From an uncultured Clostridia bacterium (GTDB taxonomy: Bacteria > Bacillota > Clostridia > Christensenellales > CAG-314), in NCBI GenBank assembly GCA_947601445.1, contig CANQGD010000005.1, forward strand, positions 1 through 59,083: a stretch of 59,083 nucleotides of DNA. The letters are read 5' to 3'. The translations under genes were made by a program, and so were the position numbers. Below, one piece after another: positions 28,575 through 40,296 of this stretch (positions within the stretch are counted from its first letter, which is position 1; the number at the start of each line of letters is the position of its first letter). The notes under the pieces are model-generated. The model was not told where the DNA came from and made no database searches. It was given only the letters and a program-made list of their open reading frames with translations.

Positions 28575-29951
28575 TTATTTCAGTTCTTTTGGCGCGCGAG
28601 GATAGAGCAATACGTCTCGGATATTGGACATTCCCGTAAGATACATTACCATTCGATCCAACCCCATACCGAATCCGCTGTGCGGCACGCCTCCGTACCG
28701 ACGCAAATCAAGGTATTGTTTGTATCCTTCGATCGTTATGCCCTTGCGCTGCATTGCTTCCACCAACTTGTCATAATCCGTTTCACGCTCGCTGCATCCC
28801 ACGATTTCTCCTATACCGGGCACAAGCAAATCGGTAGCCGCAACGGTTTTGCCGTCGGGATTTTGCTTCATATAAAACGCCTTTATATCCTTGGGATAGT
28901 TTGTGACAAAAACGGGTTTTTTGAACACCTGTTCGGTAAGATAACGTTCGTGTTCGCTTTGCAGTTCGGCGCCCCATTCCGGTTTATACACAAAATTCGC
29001 ATTGGATTTGACTAAAATTTCAACCGCATCGGTATAATCCAATACAACAAAATCCGATTCCACAACGTTGGTGAGTTTGTCAATCAAACCAGGTTCGTAA
29101 AACCTTTCGAAAAATTCCAACTCGGGCTTACAATTTTTCAACACATAGTCCACAACGAACTTGACAAAGCCTTCGACGATCTCGATAATGTCGGGTAATT
29201 CGGCAAACGCAACTTCCGGTTCAACTTGCCAAAACTCCGCGACATGACGCGACGTGTTGGAGTTTTCCGCACGAAAAGTGGGTCCGAAAGTGTAAATTTT
29301 GCCCAAAGCCATAGCCGCCGATTCTCCTTCCAACTGACCGGAAACAGTCAGGAAAGCTTTTTTTCCGAAAAAGTCGTCGGCGTAATACTCTTGTTCATCC
29401 TTTGCGGTGTCATTCCAATGTTTGGTCGTAACGTTAAATACTTCTCCCGCGCCCTCGCAGTCGCTTCCCGTTATGATGGGAGTATGCACATAGGTAAATC
29501 CCCTACTCTGAAAATAAATGTGCGTGGCATAACTCAAAACGGAGCGAACGCGCTGCACGTTGAGCATTGTGTTGGTACGAACCCTTAGATGAGGCATCGT
29601 GCGCAAAAATTCCAAGGTATGACGTTTTTTCTGCAACGGATAGTCGGAAGGACATTCTCCCAATATGCGATAGGAGTCAAGACGCAATTCGCATACATTC
29701 TGCGGCGATTCCACAAGACTTCCTTGCAACATTACGCCGCATCCGACGGAAAAAACTCCGGAAATTTTGTCGTCGAAACGAGATTTGTCCACAACAATCT
29801 GCAAGTTTTTGAGGCAAGTACCGTCGTTTACTTCGAGAAACGCGACGTTTTTGGAATCGCGCGCAGTACGTACCCAGCCGCACACGGTAATCTGCCTGTC
29901 TGAAAAGGCTTTGTAGTTTTCGAAAATTTCTCTTATATCGGTATGTTTCAT
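28575..29951 (-). CDS. asnS: Asparagine--tRNA ligase
   Basis: GWVRT, DCEGAGE, LTVSGQL, FRAENSNT and PHSGFGMG motifs; start ATG 29951. Confidence 0.96.
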   Translation of the reverse strand: MKHTDIREIFENYKAFSDRQITVCGWVRTARDSKNVAFLEVNDGTCLKNLQIVVDKSRFDDKISGVFSVGCGVMLQGSLVESPQNVCELRLDSYRILGECPSDYPLQKKRHTLEFLRTMPHLRVRTNTMLNVQRVRSVLSYATHIYFQSRGFTYVHTPIITGSDCEGAGEVFNVTTKHWNDTAKDEQEYYADDFFGKKAFLTVSGQLEGESAAMALGKIYTFGPTFRAENSNTSRHVAEFWQVEPEVAFAELPDIIEIVEGFVKFVVDYVLKNCKPELEFFERFYEPGLIDKLTNVVESDFVVLDYTDAVEILVKSNANFVYKPEWGAELQSEHERYLTEQVFKKPVFVTNYPKDIKAFYMKQNPDGKTVAATDLLVPGIGEIVGCSERETDYDKLVEAMQRKGITIEGYKQYLDLRRYGGVPHSGFGMGLDRMVMYLTGMSNIRDVLLYPRAPKELK

Positions 29952-30161
29952 AATTTCTCCTGTTGCGCTGTCGACCGACATCGGGTTGTTCACAACTATC
30001 TGTCGCGCACTTGACTGCGCATAGATATAATTATATCAATATTGTTTGGAAATTGCAATAATTGAACGCGTATTTGAGCGCCCAAAACATTTTTTTACAA
30101 AGTAATTGCATACCTTGACTTGTTGGTATATAATAATGTCAACCGAAAACGGAGGAAAAAC

Positions 30162-31073
30162 ATGTCAGATACGGCAATCATCACAACCGACCTAACCAAA
30201 GCGTACAACGGAATACGTGTTGTGGACGGAGTGTCCGTCGAAATAAAAAAGGGAAGCATAGCGGGACTCGTGGGTAAAAACGGCGCAGGAAAAACCACGT
30301 TGATACGTATGCTCACGGGACTTGTCGGCCCGAGCGAAGGAAGTTTTGAAATTCTGCCCGGTCAAACGCGTAAAAGCACAGATGTGTCCGCAATAGTGGA
30401 AAGCCCGTCGCTGTTTAACAATATGTCCGCGATGGACAACATGCGGCTTCAATGCAAAATATTGGGGATTGACGCGAATAACGAATATCTTGCGCAAACT
30501 TTGGCGTTGTTACAGTTGGACCCAAACCTCAAACGCCCCGTCAAAAATTATTCTCTCGGCATGCGACAGCGAGCGGCTCTCGCAATGGCGCTTGTGGGCA
30601 AACCACAATTGCTTATTTTGGATGAACCGACAAACGGACTCGATCCGGAAGGTATTCGTCTGATACGCGAAATTCTCATCAAAATGTGTCGGGAAAACGG
30701 CGTTACGGTGCTTATTTCCAGCCATATACTTGCGGAATTAGGCAAATTTGCCACGGAATTTTTCATAATGGACAAAGGGAAAATACTCAAACATGCGGCA
30801 GCAGAAGAATTGGCGAACTTTGCTCAAAACAAATACCGTCTCACCGTGGACAAAACGGGCATTGCCAGAGAAGCGCTGTTGCAATTCGGCCGCGTGGAAA
30901 TCATTTCCCCGTCTCAATTGGAACTGTATGCGGAAATACCCGTCACGCAGATTCTTCAAACGTTGTCGGATAAAGATGTATCTGTGCGCAGCGTAACGCA
31001 AGCGGGCGACCCGTTGGAGGAATTTTACATTCAAGCGCTGAAAGAAAACGGCATAAACGGAGGCGAACAATGA
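30162..31073 (+). CDS. ABC transporter ATP-binding protein (BcrA/lantibiotic-immunity type)
   Basis: [26 protein letters not shown] and ISSH motifs. Confidence 0.92.
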   Translation: MSDTAIITTDLTKAYNGIRVVDGVSVEIKKGSIAGLVGKNGAGKTTLIRMLTGLVGPSEGSFEILPGQTRKSTDVSAIVESPSLFNNMSAMDNMRLQCKILGIDANNEYLAQTLALLQLDPNLKRPVKNYSLGMRQRAALAMALVGKPQLLILDEPTNGLDPEGIRLIREILIKMCRENGVTVLISSHILAELGKFATEFFIMDKGKILKHAAAEELANFAQNKYRLTVDKTGIAREALLQFGRVEIISPSQLELYAEIPVTQILQTLSDKDVSVRSVTQAGDPLEEFYIQALKENGINGGEQ

Positions 31074-31894
31074 CAAATATACTGCAAACGGAATTTTACC
31101 GTCTGAAAAAAAGCAGATTGTTTTGGGCTTTGTTCTGCGTTTCCGCCGGACTACCGTTAATATCCTCACTGTTGTCGCTGTTGCTGTTATTCGGGATTTA
31201 CTCGCTTAGCGGCGAATCGGGCGTAAGTATCGATTGGCAAACATTCCGCTCGTTGCATCTTACCACATCGATGTTATCCGAATATGCAAGCGTGCAAAAC
31301 GACGCTTCGCTGTTGGCAGTAATTTGTACGGGCGTCTGTTTGAGCAGAAATTTTGCCTACGGCACATACCGTAACATGCTGCTTGCAAAACACAGCCGAT
31401 TGGAAATATATCTTTCCGATTTGTTGACGGCTATGATAGTCGGCGCAAGCTATATCGGTGTATCTATAATTTCCTCACTGCTGTTCGGAGGACTGATTTT
31501 CGGCTTCGGCACATCGGCACTGAATGTATTTACCGCAATAATAACGTCCATTATGTTGGGATTGATCTCTATCGCTTTTGCGCAAACTCTGCTGTGTATG
31601 TTTTTGTTCGGTACGCGCAAAACGTCCGTAGCTCTTTCCTGCACGATAGTTATTTGTCTGGTTGCGCCCTCCCTGTTTGAAGGATTAGTACAGATGCTGA
31701 CATTATTCGAAGTATTCGGCGCGTCCCAAATCAATATCGATCTCAGTTGGGTGCCTTTATACAATTCGTCCTTGCTGGATTTGTACGATATAAGTTGGCC
31801 CCTTGTCGGCAAGATTGTTCTTTATCTCGTACCCCTTTCGATATTTTTCGGATTTATGGGTTGGATAACTTTCCGCAAGGCGGATTTGAAATAA
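31070..31894 (+). CDS. ABC-2 type permease
   Basis: Overlaps the ATPase (ATGA); EFYRLKKS start, 6 TM helices, FRKADLK end. Confidence 0.85.
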   Translation: MTNILQTEFYRLKKSRLFWALFCVSAGLPLISSLLSLLLLFGIYSLSGESGVSIDWQTFRSLHLTTSMLSEYASVQNDASLLAVICTGVCLSRNFAYGTYRNMLLAKHSRLEIYLSDLLTAMIVGASYIGVSIISSLLFGGLIFGFGTSALNVFTAIITSIMLGLISIAFAQTLLCMFLFGTRKTSVALSCTIVICLVAPSLFEGLVQMLTLFEVFGASQINIDLSWVPLYNSSLLDLYDISWPLVGKIVLYLVPLSIFFGFMGWITFRKADLK

Positions 31895-31965
31895 ATACCG
31901 TTAGAGTAAAACAGATATTTTGCAATTGACGAATTTTGCTTTTCAAATCAAACAAAATTATCCGC

Positions 31966-32020
31966 AAAAAACATACCCCGAAAATTGCACCGTACACGGT
32001 GATTTTCGGGGTATTTGTTT
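31966..32020. terminator. Bidirectional terminator
   Basis: ATACCCCGAAAAT...ATTTTCGGGGTAT between convergent genes. Confidence 0.75.
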
Positions 32021-32107
32021 CAGACGTTTTTTGCACTATTTTTAACGCGATCCCAGCGGCGCCGAATAAGTCCGCAAGCGTAAAATACCGATACGAAAGC
32101 GCGTCGT

Positions 32108-35100
32108 TTATTCCGTGCGCAAAGCGACAACGGGGTCTTTTTTCGCCGCCGAACGCGAAGGAATGAGTCCGGAGAAAAGCGTAAGCACAACGCTGATACT
32201 GACGAGAATAAGCGCGGCAACGGGCGGCAATACTGCGTTCAAGCCTCCTATACCCGTCAATGCGTGTAAAATAAGATTGATGGGTATACACAACAAATAA
32301 GTTGCCAAAACGCCTATCACTCCCGCCGCAAAGCCTATAATAATGGTTTCGGCATTGAACATGCTGGAAACGTCCCGTTTGGACGCGCCTATTGCGCGCA
32401 GTATTCCTATTTCCTTTGTACGTTCCTGTACGGAAATCAAGGTAATGACGCCTATCATTATCGAAGAAACAATCAGAGAAATTGCCACAAATGCGATCAA
32501 CACGTAGGTAACGGCGTCGATGATCGTTGTTACCGCAGACATCACCAATGCCACCAAATCGGTATACTCTATTTTTTGACTTTCGTCCGTGATTACTTCT
32601 TTGTTGTAGCGGTCGATTTCCTCCGCGATAACGTCCTTTGCGTCAAAACTTGACGCAAAAATATTTATGGATGCGGGTTTGTCAAGGTCTACGCAACCCA
32701 ACAGCGACAAATTGCCTTCGTAGGTTGCTTCGCTGAACTCCAATATTTCGTCGTAATATACGGAATATTGTGCGTCTGACGCTTTGTCAAGATAGGCTTT
32801 TGCAGTTTCCGCAAATTCCTTGTCGGACAAGGCGTTAAGCTCAATAAGACGATTGCCGACATACAGTTCTTTTTGCATTTCCACCACACTCGGACGCACA
32901 GCATCTTTAATTTGCTCTTCCGTCATGCTTTCGAGCAACTCCAAAATTTTTTCTGCTGGAATACCGGTCTGATTTGCAAACATGTCGGCTATTGTGGAAT
33001 TTAATATACCCAATTGCGCAAGATCGTTCAGTTGCGTGTCCGCCGACTGCCGGATTGTTTCCATATTGTCGAGAGCAAGCATTTGCGCATATAAATTTCT
33101 TTGTAAAGAATCCGAGTTTTCAAAATAAGTTTGAAAGGCTTCTTTCTTTTTTGCGTCGGACAAGGTTTTTGCTACGGAGTCAAAGGTGCGTCCCGTAAAA
33201 ACATCCGTGGTCGGATCGTCTTTTTGTTCCTTAACAATTTGGGAATTTTCCGCTTGCTGCACAACGTACTTGGTCAACTTGCTTGTATAAGCGATGGAGC
33301 CGGTCAGCATGTGCGCAGTGGCGTCGGGATTGGGACGGATTATTCCCGTTATGTTAAGCTCGAATCCCTTGCCGTAAAGCATTTCGGGATTGTTTTGCAT
33401 TTCCGTTTCCCGTATATCCATCCAAGTATCCCCTACTTTTTCATAGAAGGAGGAACTCAGTATAACTTTTACCCTTGTTCCGCAAATGTCTTCATACTCC
33501 CAATCACGGTAGTTTTCGGAATCTTCGACAGTGGTTTTGTTGCGAATAGCGTCCGCAACCGCGTCTATATAGTCTTGCCCTATAAGTCCCAAAGCATAAA
33601 GCGCGATGTCGCTTATTTCGTTGTCGTCGTTCATTATCAATACAACGTCGTTATAGTTTTCGGGCCAAGTTCCGTAAACAACATCATACTGATCTTGGAT
33701 AAGGTCATTGACGGGTTCTCCGTTTTTCCCCGCCAACATCTCTTGCCAGATATTCATATTGAAGTTTCCCAATCCGGCATAGTATTGTCCCGTGGAAGCC
33801 TCGACATTTTCCAGATATATATCGAGCAGATCTCTCATGAGGTTGCCCACATTACATTCGATAATTTCTCCGTCTATGTTTTTTGTGTAAACATTCAAGT
33901 TGAGATTGTAGTTATAGGAAAGTCCCGCAACGGCTTCGTGCAGTTTGCTGTCTTCCTTGGCTACTTCTTCTTCGAGAAATTTTTTGAAAGCGACAAGATC
34001 GTTGGATTTTTGCGCAGACCCGGATACCATATTTACCAAATCGTAGATCATGGAACGACGATAAACCTTGTCGTTGCCGTGTTCCGTTTTGTTGTTTTCG
34101 GTTTCCATCATATTGGCAACCATTGCCGACAAGTCCATTGTCGTGGATTCGATGGTCAGCGGATAGCTTGTGAGCGTTTGCTCCTCCACCAAATTGATGT
34201 AATTGGTCATGCCTTGACTTACGGACAGAATGAGCGCAATGCCGATTATTCCTATGCTGCCGGCAAAGGAAGTAAGTACGGTACGCCCCTTTTTCGTAAA
34301 TAAATTGTTCAAAGACAACTTGAACGCCGTCCAGAAAGACATAGAAGAACGTTTCTTTTTGTTTTTGGAGCGCTTTCCCGCGACCTGCAAATTATCCTCG
34401 CTTGCACCCGATACGGTATTTTCCGTCGCCGACAAATCGCTTTCGGCAACTTCGTCGGTTTGTTTGTTTTGTGCAAGCATACGTTCGCTCTCGGCTTGTT
34501 TTTCTGCGGCATATTCCTCTTCCGTCAAAGGAGCGCTGTCACCCACTATCACACCGTCCAAAATGCGAATTATGCGCGAAGAATACCTCTCGGCAAGCTC
34601 GGGATTGTGCGTAACCATGATTACAAGCCGATCGTTGGACATTTCTTTGAGCAACTCCATTATTTGAATGCCCGTTTCGGTATCCAATGCGCCGGTGGGT
34701 TCGTCGGCGAGAATTATATCGGGATTGTTTACCAAAGCGCGCGCGATTGCCACACGTTGCATTTGTCCGCCGCTAAGCTGGTTGGGGCGTTTGTTCAGAT
34801 GTTCTTTCAATCCCACCTTACAAAGCGCGTCCTCTGCGCGCAATTTGCGTTCGCTCTTGGGAACGCCTGCCAGAGTCAAAGCCAATTCGACGTTTTTTAG
34901 CACCGTTTGATGAGGAATCAGATTGTATGTTTGAAATACAAATCCGATCGAATGATTGCGATAGGTATCCCAATCGCGATCCTTGTAATTTTTGGTGGAA
35001 ACGCCGTCAATGATCAAATCGCCGGTTGTATATTTGTCCAATCCGCCGATAATGTTCAAAAGAGTTGTTTTTCCGCAACCGCTCGGTCCCAAAATAGACA

Positions 35101-35200
35101 CAAACTCGCTTGTGCGAAATTGCAAATCCACGCCCTTTAAGGCGTGAACGGCGGTATTCGCCACGGGATAATCCTTTACTATTTGTTTAAGTTCGAGCAT
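32108..35200 (-). CDS. Fused ABC ATPase/FtsX-type permease (MacB-like)
   Basis: [34 protein letters not shown] and DPVVALR motifs; start ATG 35200. Confidence 0.92.
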   Translation of the reverse strand: MLELKQIVKDYPVANTAVHALKGVDLQFRTSEFVSILGPSGCGKTTLLNIIGGLDKYTTGDLIIDGVSTKNYKDRDWDTYRNHSIGFVFQTYNLIPHQTVLKNVELALTLAGVPKSERKLRAEDALCKVGLKEHLNKRPNQLSGGQMQRVAIARALVNNPDIILADEPTGALDTETGIQIMELLKEMSNDRLVIMVTHNPELAERYSSRIIRILDGVIVGDSAPLTEEEYAAEKQAESERMLAQNKQTDEVAESDLSATENTVSGASEDNLQVAGKRSKNKKKRSSMSFWTAFKLSLNNLFTKKGRTVLTSFAGSIGIIGIALILSVSQGMTNYINLVEEQTLTSYPLTIESTTMDLSAMVANMMETENNKTEHGNDKVYRRSMIYDLVNMVSGSAQKSNDLVAFKKFLEEEVAKEDSKLHEAVAGLSYNYNLNLNVYTKNIDGEIIECNVGNLMRDLLDIYLENVEASTGQYYAGLGNFNMNIWQEMLAGKNGEPVNDLIQDQYDVVYGTWPENYNDVVLIMNDDNEISDIALYALGLIGQDYIDAVADAIRNKTTVEDSENYRDWEYEDICGTRVKVILSSSFYEKVGDTWMDIRETEMQNNPEMLYGKGFELNITGIIRPNPDATAHMLTGSIAYTSKLTKYVVQQAENSQIVKEQKDDPTTDVFTGRTFDSVAKTLSDAKKKEAFQTYFENSDSLQRNLYAQMLALDNMETIRQSADTQLNDLAQLGILNSTIADMFANQTGIPAEKILELLESMTEEQIKDAVRPSVVEMQKELYVGNRLIELNALSDKEFAETAKAYLDKASDAQYSVYYDEILEFSEATYEGNLSLLGCVDLDKPASINIFASSFDAKDVIAEEIDRYNKEVITDESQKIEYTDLVALVMSAVTTIIDAVTYVLIAFVAISLIVSSIMIGVITLISVQERTKEIGILRAIGASKRDVSSMFNAETIIIGFAAGVIGVLATYLLCIPINLILHALTGIGGLNAVLPPVAALILVSISVVLTLFSGLIPSRSAAKKDPVVALRTE

Positions 35201-35332
35201 AACTACTCCTTTTTTGAAAAAATAGTTCAAAATTGAACTGATTTTATCACCGTGAAATATAAAAGTCAACCGTTTGAGTATATATAGTTAGTTTAACCTT
35301 GTTATATTCACCTATTTTCCGCAAAAATCCGC

Positions 35333-35977
35333 CTATTGCTCGCTCGCGTCGTTTTGTTGACTGTCGGATTGATCGTTCTTTCGCCCTTGACGCGCAGTGG
35401 GAGTATCCGGCAAATATTTTATCAGCACACCGCCGCGCTGCAAGGCGAACAATATGAGAGGTATCAAAACCAACTGCAATATTATACCCGCCCAAGTAGA
35501 AGTAAAGTTACCCAATATTTTTGTGCAAAACGCCGCAAAGTAAGAGGAAGCGTCACCCATCATGAAAAACGCTCCGACAAACGCATTGAGAATACGTCCC
35601 GCAATCATAGCTATTATCAATGCCAATACGGACGCGAAACGACCTATCGAGGTTTTTTTGAGAAAAACCCAACGCATAAGTCCGACAATAAATCCGTATG
35701 CTGCCAATTCGAAAATCATAGGTATCAATCCCGCGGGGAAAGGAGGACGCACTCCGCCCGTGGACAAAAAGGACATCAACGGCGTTACAACCCCGCAAAT
35801 AAGTCCGAGATAAGGACCGCAAAGTATCCCGCAAAGCAATACGGGGAAATGCATGGGGCTGAACAGAGAGGAAAACGCCACGTCGCCGAAAACGTGAAAC
35901 GTACCCGCAAGTATCACTGCCACTGCGGACAGCATTGCGGTAGTAACTACATTCAGTGTCGTAAATTTTGATTTCAT
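35333..35977 (-). CDS. ECF transporter S component (substrate unknown; NiaX-like group)
   Basis: TAMLSA, PMHFPVLLCGILCGP, MIFELAAYG and QLVLIP motifs. Confidence 0.85.
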   Translation of the reverse strand: MKSKFTTLNVVTTAMLSAVAVILAGTFHVFGDVAFSSLFSPMHFPVLLCGILCGPYLGLICGVVTPLMSFLSTGGVRPPFPAGLIPMIFELAAYGFIVGLMRWVFLKKTSIGRFASVLALIIAMIAGRILNAFVGAFFMMGDASSYFAAFCTKILGNFTSTWAGIILQLVLIPLILFALQRGGVLIKYLPDTPTARQGRKNDQSDSQQNDASEQ

Positions 35978-35996
35978 AGAAACTCCTTTTGTTTGA

Positions 35997-36122
35997 TAAA
36001 AGAAAAACTTGTCGAATATCGCTATCGACGCAGTTTTAACACAAAGACATTGCGTCCTGCGTAGCTATTTCGACAAATAATTGTATATTGCCGCCAATAC
36101 GGACGAAAGTCCTTACGTATTG
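35997..36122 (-). promoter_or_regulatory. Candidate riboswitch/attenuator leader of the ECF S gene
   Basis: TATAAT at 36133-36128; 5' hairpin CAATAC-GTAA-GGAC-TTTC-GTCC-GTATTG; long hairpin TTGTCGAA...TTCGACAAG followed by TTTTTCTTTT before the SD. Confidence 0.5.
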
Positions 36123-36252
36123 TTGCGATTATATACAACAAAAGACAAACAGCGTATTTTAATTGCAAAATCCGCTTTACCGACAAATTCACGCCGCCCC
36201 TGCTAAGGAACGAATAAAACCATACCGCTCGGGGTGCCTGTTGAAGATTTTT

Positions 36253-37914
36253 TTACCCCTTACTGAAAAAACCGTCCGTTTGAGCTTTTATTTCCTCGAA
36301 ACGGGACAGAACGACCGTTTTGTCGCCCTTGACCGTAATATAACACTTGATAAGAGGCTCAGTGCCGCTTGGGCGCACTATCAGCTGACTGCCGTCTGCG
36401 CTTCTCAGCCTCAAAACGTCGGCACGCGGCAAATCGTACAGCGTTTGTGTAAGAAAATCGCAGCTGTCCGTCACGGGAGAAGTTCCCAATGTTTCAAAGG
36501 GTGTTTTGCGGATTGCCGCAAGCAACTTTTCCTTGTCCTCGGCGCCCGACAATCCTTCAAAACGGTAGCTTACCGTATTTTGATAGAAGTAACCGTGTTC
36601 GGAATACAGCTCGTCCAGACGCGAAACAACCGTTTTGCCCTGCGATTTAAGTATAGACGCACACTCCGCGATCAGCACTGCGGCAATTACTCCGTCTTTG
36701 TCGCGCACGTAGCTGCCTTTGAGATACCCGCAGCTTTCTTCGAAACCGAATACGTAACGCTCCGAATGACCTTCTTTTTCCAACTTGGCAATCACGTTGC
36801 CAATATATTTGAATCCCGTCAAAACGTCTCGTACTTCCGCCCCATATTGACGAGCAATGGCATCCAACATCGGAGTGGTGACGATAGTCTTGACCAACAC
36901 GGGATTTTGCGGAAGCGTGCCTTCACGATACATCTCACGCAAAATACAGTCGGCAAGCAAAACTCCCACTTCGTTGCCGCTTAACTGACGGTATTTATCG
37001 CCGTCTTTCACAGCCACGCCCAAACGATCGCAATCGGGGTCGTTGGCGATTATCAAATCCGCATTTGTTTCAACTGCAACTTGTTTTGCCAAAGCAAGCG
37101 TTTCCGACTTCTCCGGATTCGGGTACGGACAAGTCGGGAAATTGCCGTCGGGAAGTGACTGTTCTTTGACTATAGTGAGATTGTTCAATCCCATGCGGCG
37201 CAACGTTTCCGGTACCACACGATAGCCCGCTCCGTTTAACGGAGTGTAAACCGCGTTGAGCGAGTCGAGCGGCGCGTCGGTCAATCTTTCCTGCAACACA
37301 CGGTCTATATACATTTCCTCCAACAGCTTGTCGGTGTAATGCACAAGGTTGCCTTCGTACTGCGATATTTCGGGCAACGGTTTGTCGAAAAGCTCCACCG
37401 TTTCGATATAACTTGTAACCTCGGCGGCGTCCTCATCCAACAATTGGCACCCGCTTGAATCGTAAACTTTGTATCCGTTGTACTCCGACGGATTGTGACT
37501 TGCCGTTACATTTACGCCCGTGTCGCAGTGTAACTCTCTGACCATAAAAGACAAATAGGGTGTAGGCATACACTCCGGAGTCAGATAAACGCTTATGCCG
37601 TGGGCGGCAAGCGTCGCCGCAGCCAATTCGCAGAACCGTTTGCTGTTGTTGCGCGAATCGTATGTGATGGCGCAACTGCGCATACGGTGTGCGTCCATAT
37701 AGCGTGCCAAACCCTCCGTTGCACGGTAAACCGTGTAGATATTCATACGTGCGGTTCCCGCAGCCATAATTCCTCTCAAACCGGCGGTGCCGAAAGACAA
37801 ATCTCCGCTGAACGCCTCTTTCTTTTGATCTTCGCTCATTGCATACAGCTCGGATAACAGCTCCTTATCCTCGACTTTGCTACACCATTCTTTGTATTTT
37901 TCCGAATAACTCAT
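36253..37914 (-). CDS. pgm: Phosphoglucomutase/phosphomannomutase
   Basis: FGTAGLRG, TASHNP, DPDCDR, FEES and RPSGTEP motifs. Confidence 0.93.
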   Translation of the reverse strand: MSYSEKYKEWCSKVEDKELLSELYAMSEDQKKEAFSGDLSFGTAGLRGIMAAGTARMNIYTVYRATEGLARYMDAHRMRSCAITYDSRNNSKRFCELAAATLAAHGISVYLTPECMPTPYLSFMVRELHCDTGVNVTASHNPSEYNGYKVYDSSGCQLLDEDAAEVTSYIETVELFDKPLPEISQYEGNLVHYTDKLLEEMYIDRVLQERLTDAPLDSLNAVYTPLNGAGYRVVPETLRRMGLNNLTIVKEQSLPDGNFPTCPYPNPEKSETLALAKQVAVETNADLIIANDPDCDRLGVAVKDGDKYRQLSGNEVGVLLADCILREMYREGTLPQNPVLVKTIVTTPMLDAIARQYGAEVRDVLTGFKYIGNVIAKLEKEGHSERYVFGFEESCGYLKGSYVRDKDGVIAAVLIAECASILKSQGKTVVSRLDELYSEHGYFYQNTVSYRFEGLSGAEDKEKLLAAIRKTPFETLGTSPVTDSCDFLTQTLYDLPRADVLRLRSADGSQLIVRPSGTEPLIKCYITVKGDKTVVLSRFEEIKAQTDGFFSKG

Positions 37915-37923
37915 TTTTTACCT

Positions 37924-39162
37924 CTATTTTACCGTTATTCCGTCCACTCCCGCAAGAGTGCAGGACAAAAATGCCGTCAACGCTTTATGCATGGTTTCCA
38001 AATCTTCACACCCGCACGTTTCGCATGCAGAGTGCATCGCAAGTTGCGCTATACCTATGTCGCACACTTTCATGCCCAATTCTCGCGCAGTTACAAGTCC
38101 CAAAGTGCTTCCGCCGGAGAGTTCGCTGTTGTTGTATAAATCCTGATAAGGCAAGCCGACCAAGTCCATAAGACGCTTGAACACGGCGGCGCTCAGTCCG
38201 TCGGTGGCATAGTTAACATGATGTTTGACGATTATGCCCTCGTTCATATGGCATTTGTACAACGGGTCGTGTTTTTCGGGATGTGCGGGATGCGCCGCAT
38301 GTCCGTTATCCACAGAGAGCACCATTCCGTTTTCCGTTGCATATGTCGATTCGGTTCGGGTCAGGTCCAACGCGTCGATTATTCCGTCCAACACCTGTTT
38401 CAAAAATCCCGGTGTGCCTTGCCGCGTACCGCTGCCCGTTTCCTCATTATCGAGACACGCCACCACGGCAAGCCCTTGCGGTTCGGCGTCCACCAATGCG
38501 TAAAGGGAATTGTATACGCTTGTGAGATTGTCCAACCGAGCCGAACACAAAAATTCGTTATGTAAACCGCTTGAAAATGCTTCCGTAGCAGGCGTAACAT
38601 ATAAATCTGCATCCAAAACATTATCCTCGGTGAGGCTTGCATACAAGTCGGCTTCGCCCTGAGCAAACAAGGGCAAAGTGTCGCTTTGCGGCTTCAAAAA
38701 CGGTTTTTCGTTGGCTTCGCGATTAAGGTGGATTGCAAGACTTGGAATAACCACATTGTAGTCGCTTACAACAAGCTGTTGTTCCACCCCGTCCGCTGTT
38801 TCCGTCAACAAACGCCCCGCAACCTTCATTTTGCGGTCGAAATAACTGTACAGCAGTCCTCCGCCGTATTTTTCCGTATTGATGCGTTTGAGACTTTCGC
38901 TTTCGACAAGCCTGTTGCCTTTGATTTTGAAAGAGGGACTGTCCGTATGACTGACAACTATGTTGAATACGTTGGATTGTCCCAAACAAAACGCGACGAC
39001 CGAACTGCCGTTTCGGGTAACAAAATAACTGCCGCCCCGTTCAAGTTTCCAACTGTCCCCCAATGTGAGACGTACAAAACCCTCTTCTTTGAGAATTTCG
39101 CAAGCGTTTGCCGTTGTGTGATAGGCGGTATAGCTGCTGTCCAAAAAATCTTTAAGTTCCAT
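37924..39162 (-). CDS. M18 family (aspartyl) aminopeptidase
   Basis: HTDSP, RLDN, DNEETGS, DNGHAAHP and MHS motifs. Confidence 0.9.
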   Translation of the reverse strand: MELKDFLDSSYTAYHTTANACEILKEEGFVRLTLGDSWKLERGGSYFVTRNGSSVVAFCLGQSNVFNIVVSHTDSPSFKIKGNRLVESESLKRINTEKYGGGLLYSYFDRKMKVAGRLLTETADGVEQQLVVSDYNVVIPSLAIHLNREANEKPFLKPQSDTLPLFAQGEADLYASLTEDNVLDADLYVTPATEAFSSGLHNEFLCSARLDNLTSVYNSLYALVDAEPQGLAVVACLDNEETGSGTRQGTPGFLKQVLDGIIDALDLTRTESTYATENGMVLSVDNGHAAHPAHPEKHDPLYKCHMNEGIIVKHHVNYATDGLSAAVFKRLMDLVGLPYQDLYNNSELSGGSTLGLVTARELGMKVCDIGIAQLAMHSACETCGCEDLETMHKALTAFLSCTLAGVDGITVK

Positions 39163-39184
39163 GTGGCTGCCTCCTTTGTTGTAA

Positions 39185-40060
39185 TTACAGGTGCTTTTCT
39201 ATGCACGATTTTATATGTTCGACGTAGGCTCTTGCTACATTAAAGCCCGTTACTTGTTCTATTTTCTCAAACATAGCATTACTGTTGACTTCACAAAGTT
39301 TAGGCGGGTCCGTCAACAAAACATCTATGCCGCAGTAGTCCAACCCGATGATTCGTGCGACTTTTTCGCACATTGCGGCAATTTGCGAAGGAACAATCGT
39401 TTTTTCGCATTTGCTCCCGAGAGAAGCGTTCGAACGAAAATCCGCATCGTTTGAGCGCACCATGGCGCAAACGACTTTGCCGCCTATCACGATCACGCGC
39501 ATATCCCGTCCGCGACTTTCTTTTTCGTAATGTTGCAACAGGTAAGATTGCGATTTGATTTCTTCCAAAATTTTTTCCAACTGCCGCCGAGTGTCGCACA
39601 GATATACCTGTTCGCCGAAACTTCCGTGGCATTGTTTGACGACGACGGGCAGCCCGAGCTTTTCAACGACTTTATCCAAGTAAGCGTCACCGATTGCGGC
39701 GTTCGGATTGTAGCACAGCGGTCCCGCGACGGTATCCGGCATAGGTATACCCTCGTTTGCCAACACCGTATGCGTCAACATTTTGTCGTCGCATATCTCC
39801 GTGGCGCGAGCGCTGTTAAACACACGGACGCCGATTTTTTCCAGCAGCATCGGGGTTATGCGTTCCTTGTCGAAATACAGCACGAAATCCGAATGTAAAT
39901 TACATTCGATTGCACCGTTTTTCACATAAACCGCAAAACCGTCGTTTGCTTTCACTTCGATTTCGATGTTCAATGCGGAAAATTCTTCCGTCATCCGCTG
40001 CAATTTGCGTTTTTGCACGGGATGATTGTCGTAGGGGTTAATCAAAATCGTCCCTTTCAT
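39185..40060 (-). CDS. RimK-family ATP-grasp (alpha-L-glutamate) ligase
   Basis: CDDK, GSFG, DMRVIVIG, DFRSN, GIDVL and EVNSN motifs. Confidence 0.88.
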   Translation of the reverse strand: MKGTILINPYDNHPVQKRKLQRMTEEFSALNIEIEVKANDGFAVYVKNGAIECNLHSDFVLYFDKERITPMLLEKIGVRVFNSARATEICDDKMLTHTVLANEGIPMPDTVAGPLCYNPNAAIGDAYLDKVVEKLGLPVVVKQCHGSFGEQVYLCDTRRQLEKILEEIKSQSYLLQHYEKESRGRDMRVIVIGGKVVCAMVRSNDADFRSNASLGSKCEKTIVPSQIAAMCEKVARIIGLDYCGIDVLLTDPPKLCEVNSNAMFEKIEQVTGFNVARAYVEHIKSCIEKHL

Positions 40061-40296
40061 AACATAATAGTATACAATAAATAAAAGATGCAGTCAAGAT
40101 TTGGAAATGTATTATACAACTAAATTCGCCTGCAAATGCCAAAAAGGATGCAATATAAGACTATAATACGCAAAACGCACAGCAATCCTTTTGCCCGAGT
40201 GAAAACGCGATAATTTCCGTTCGGCAATGCAAAAGCGCCCGAAAACCGTTTTTCACAAACAATTCGGACGCTTAAATACCGCGGCAACCGGAAAAA

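Noticed and set aside
36041-36062. Resemblance of ATTGCGTCC to the NAD+-II riboswitch core
   Set aside because: The match is short and on the wrong strand relative to the ECF gene.
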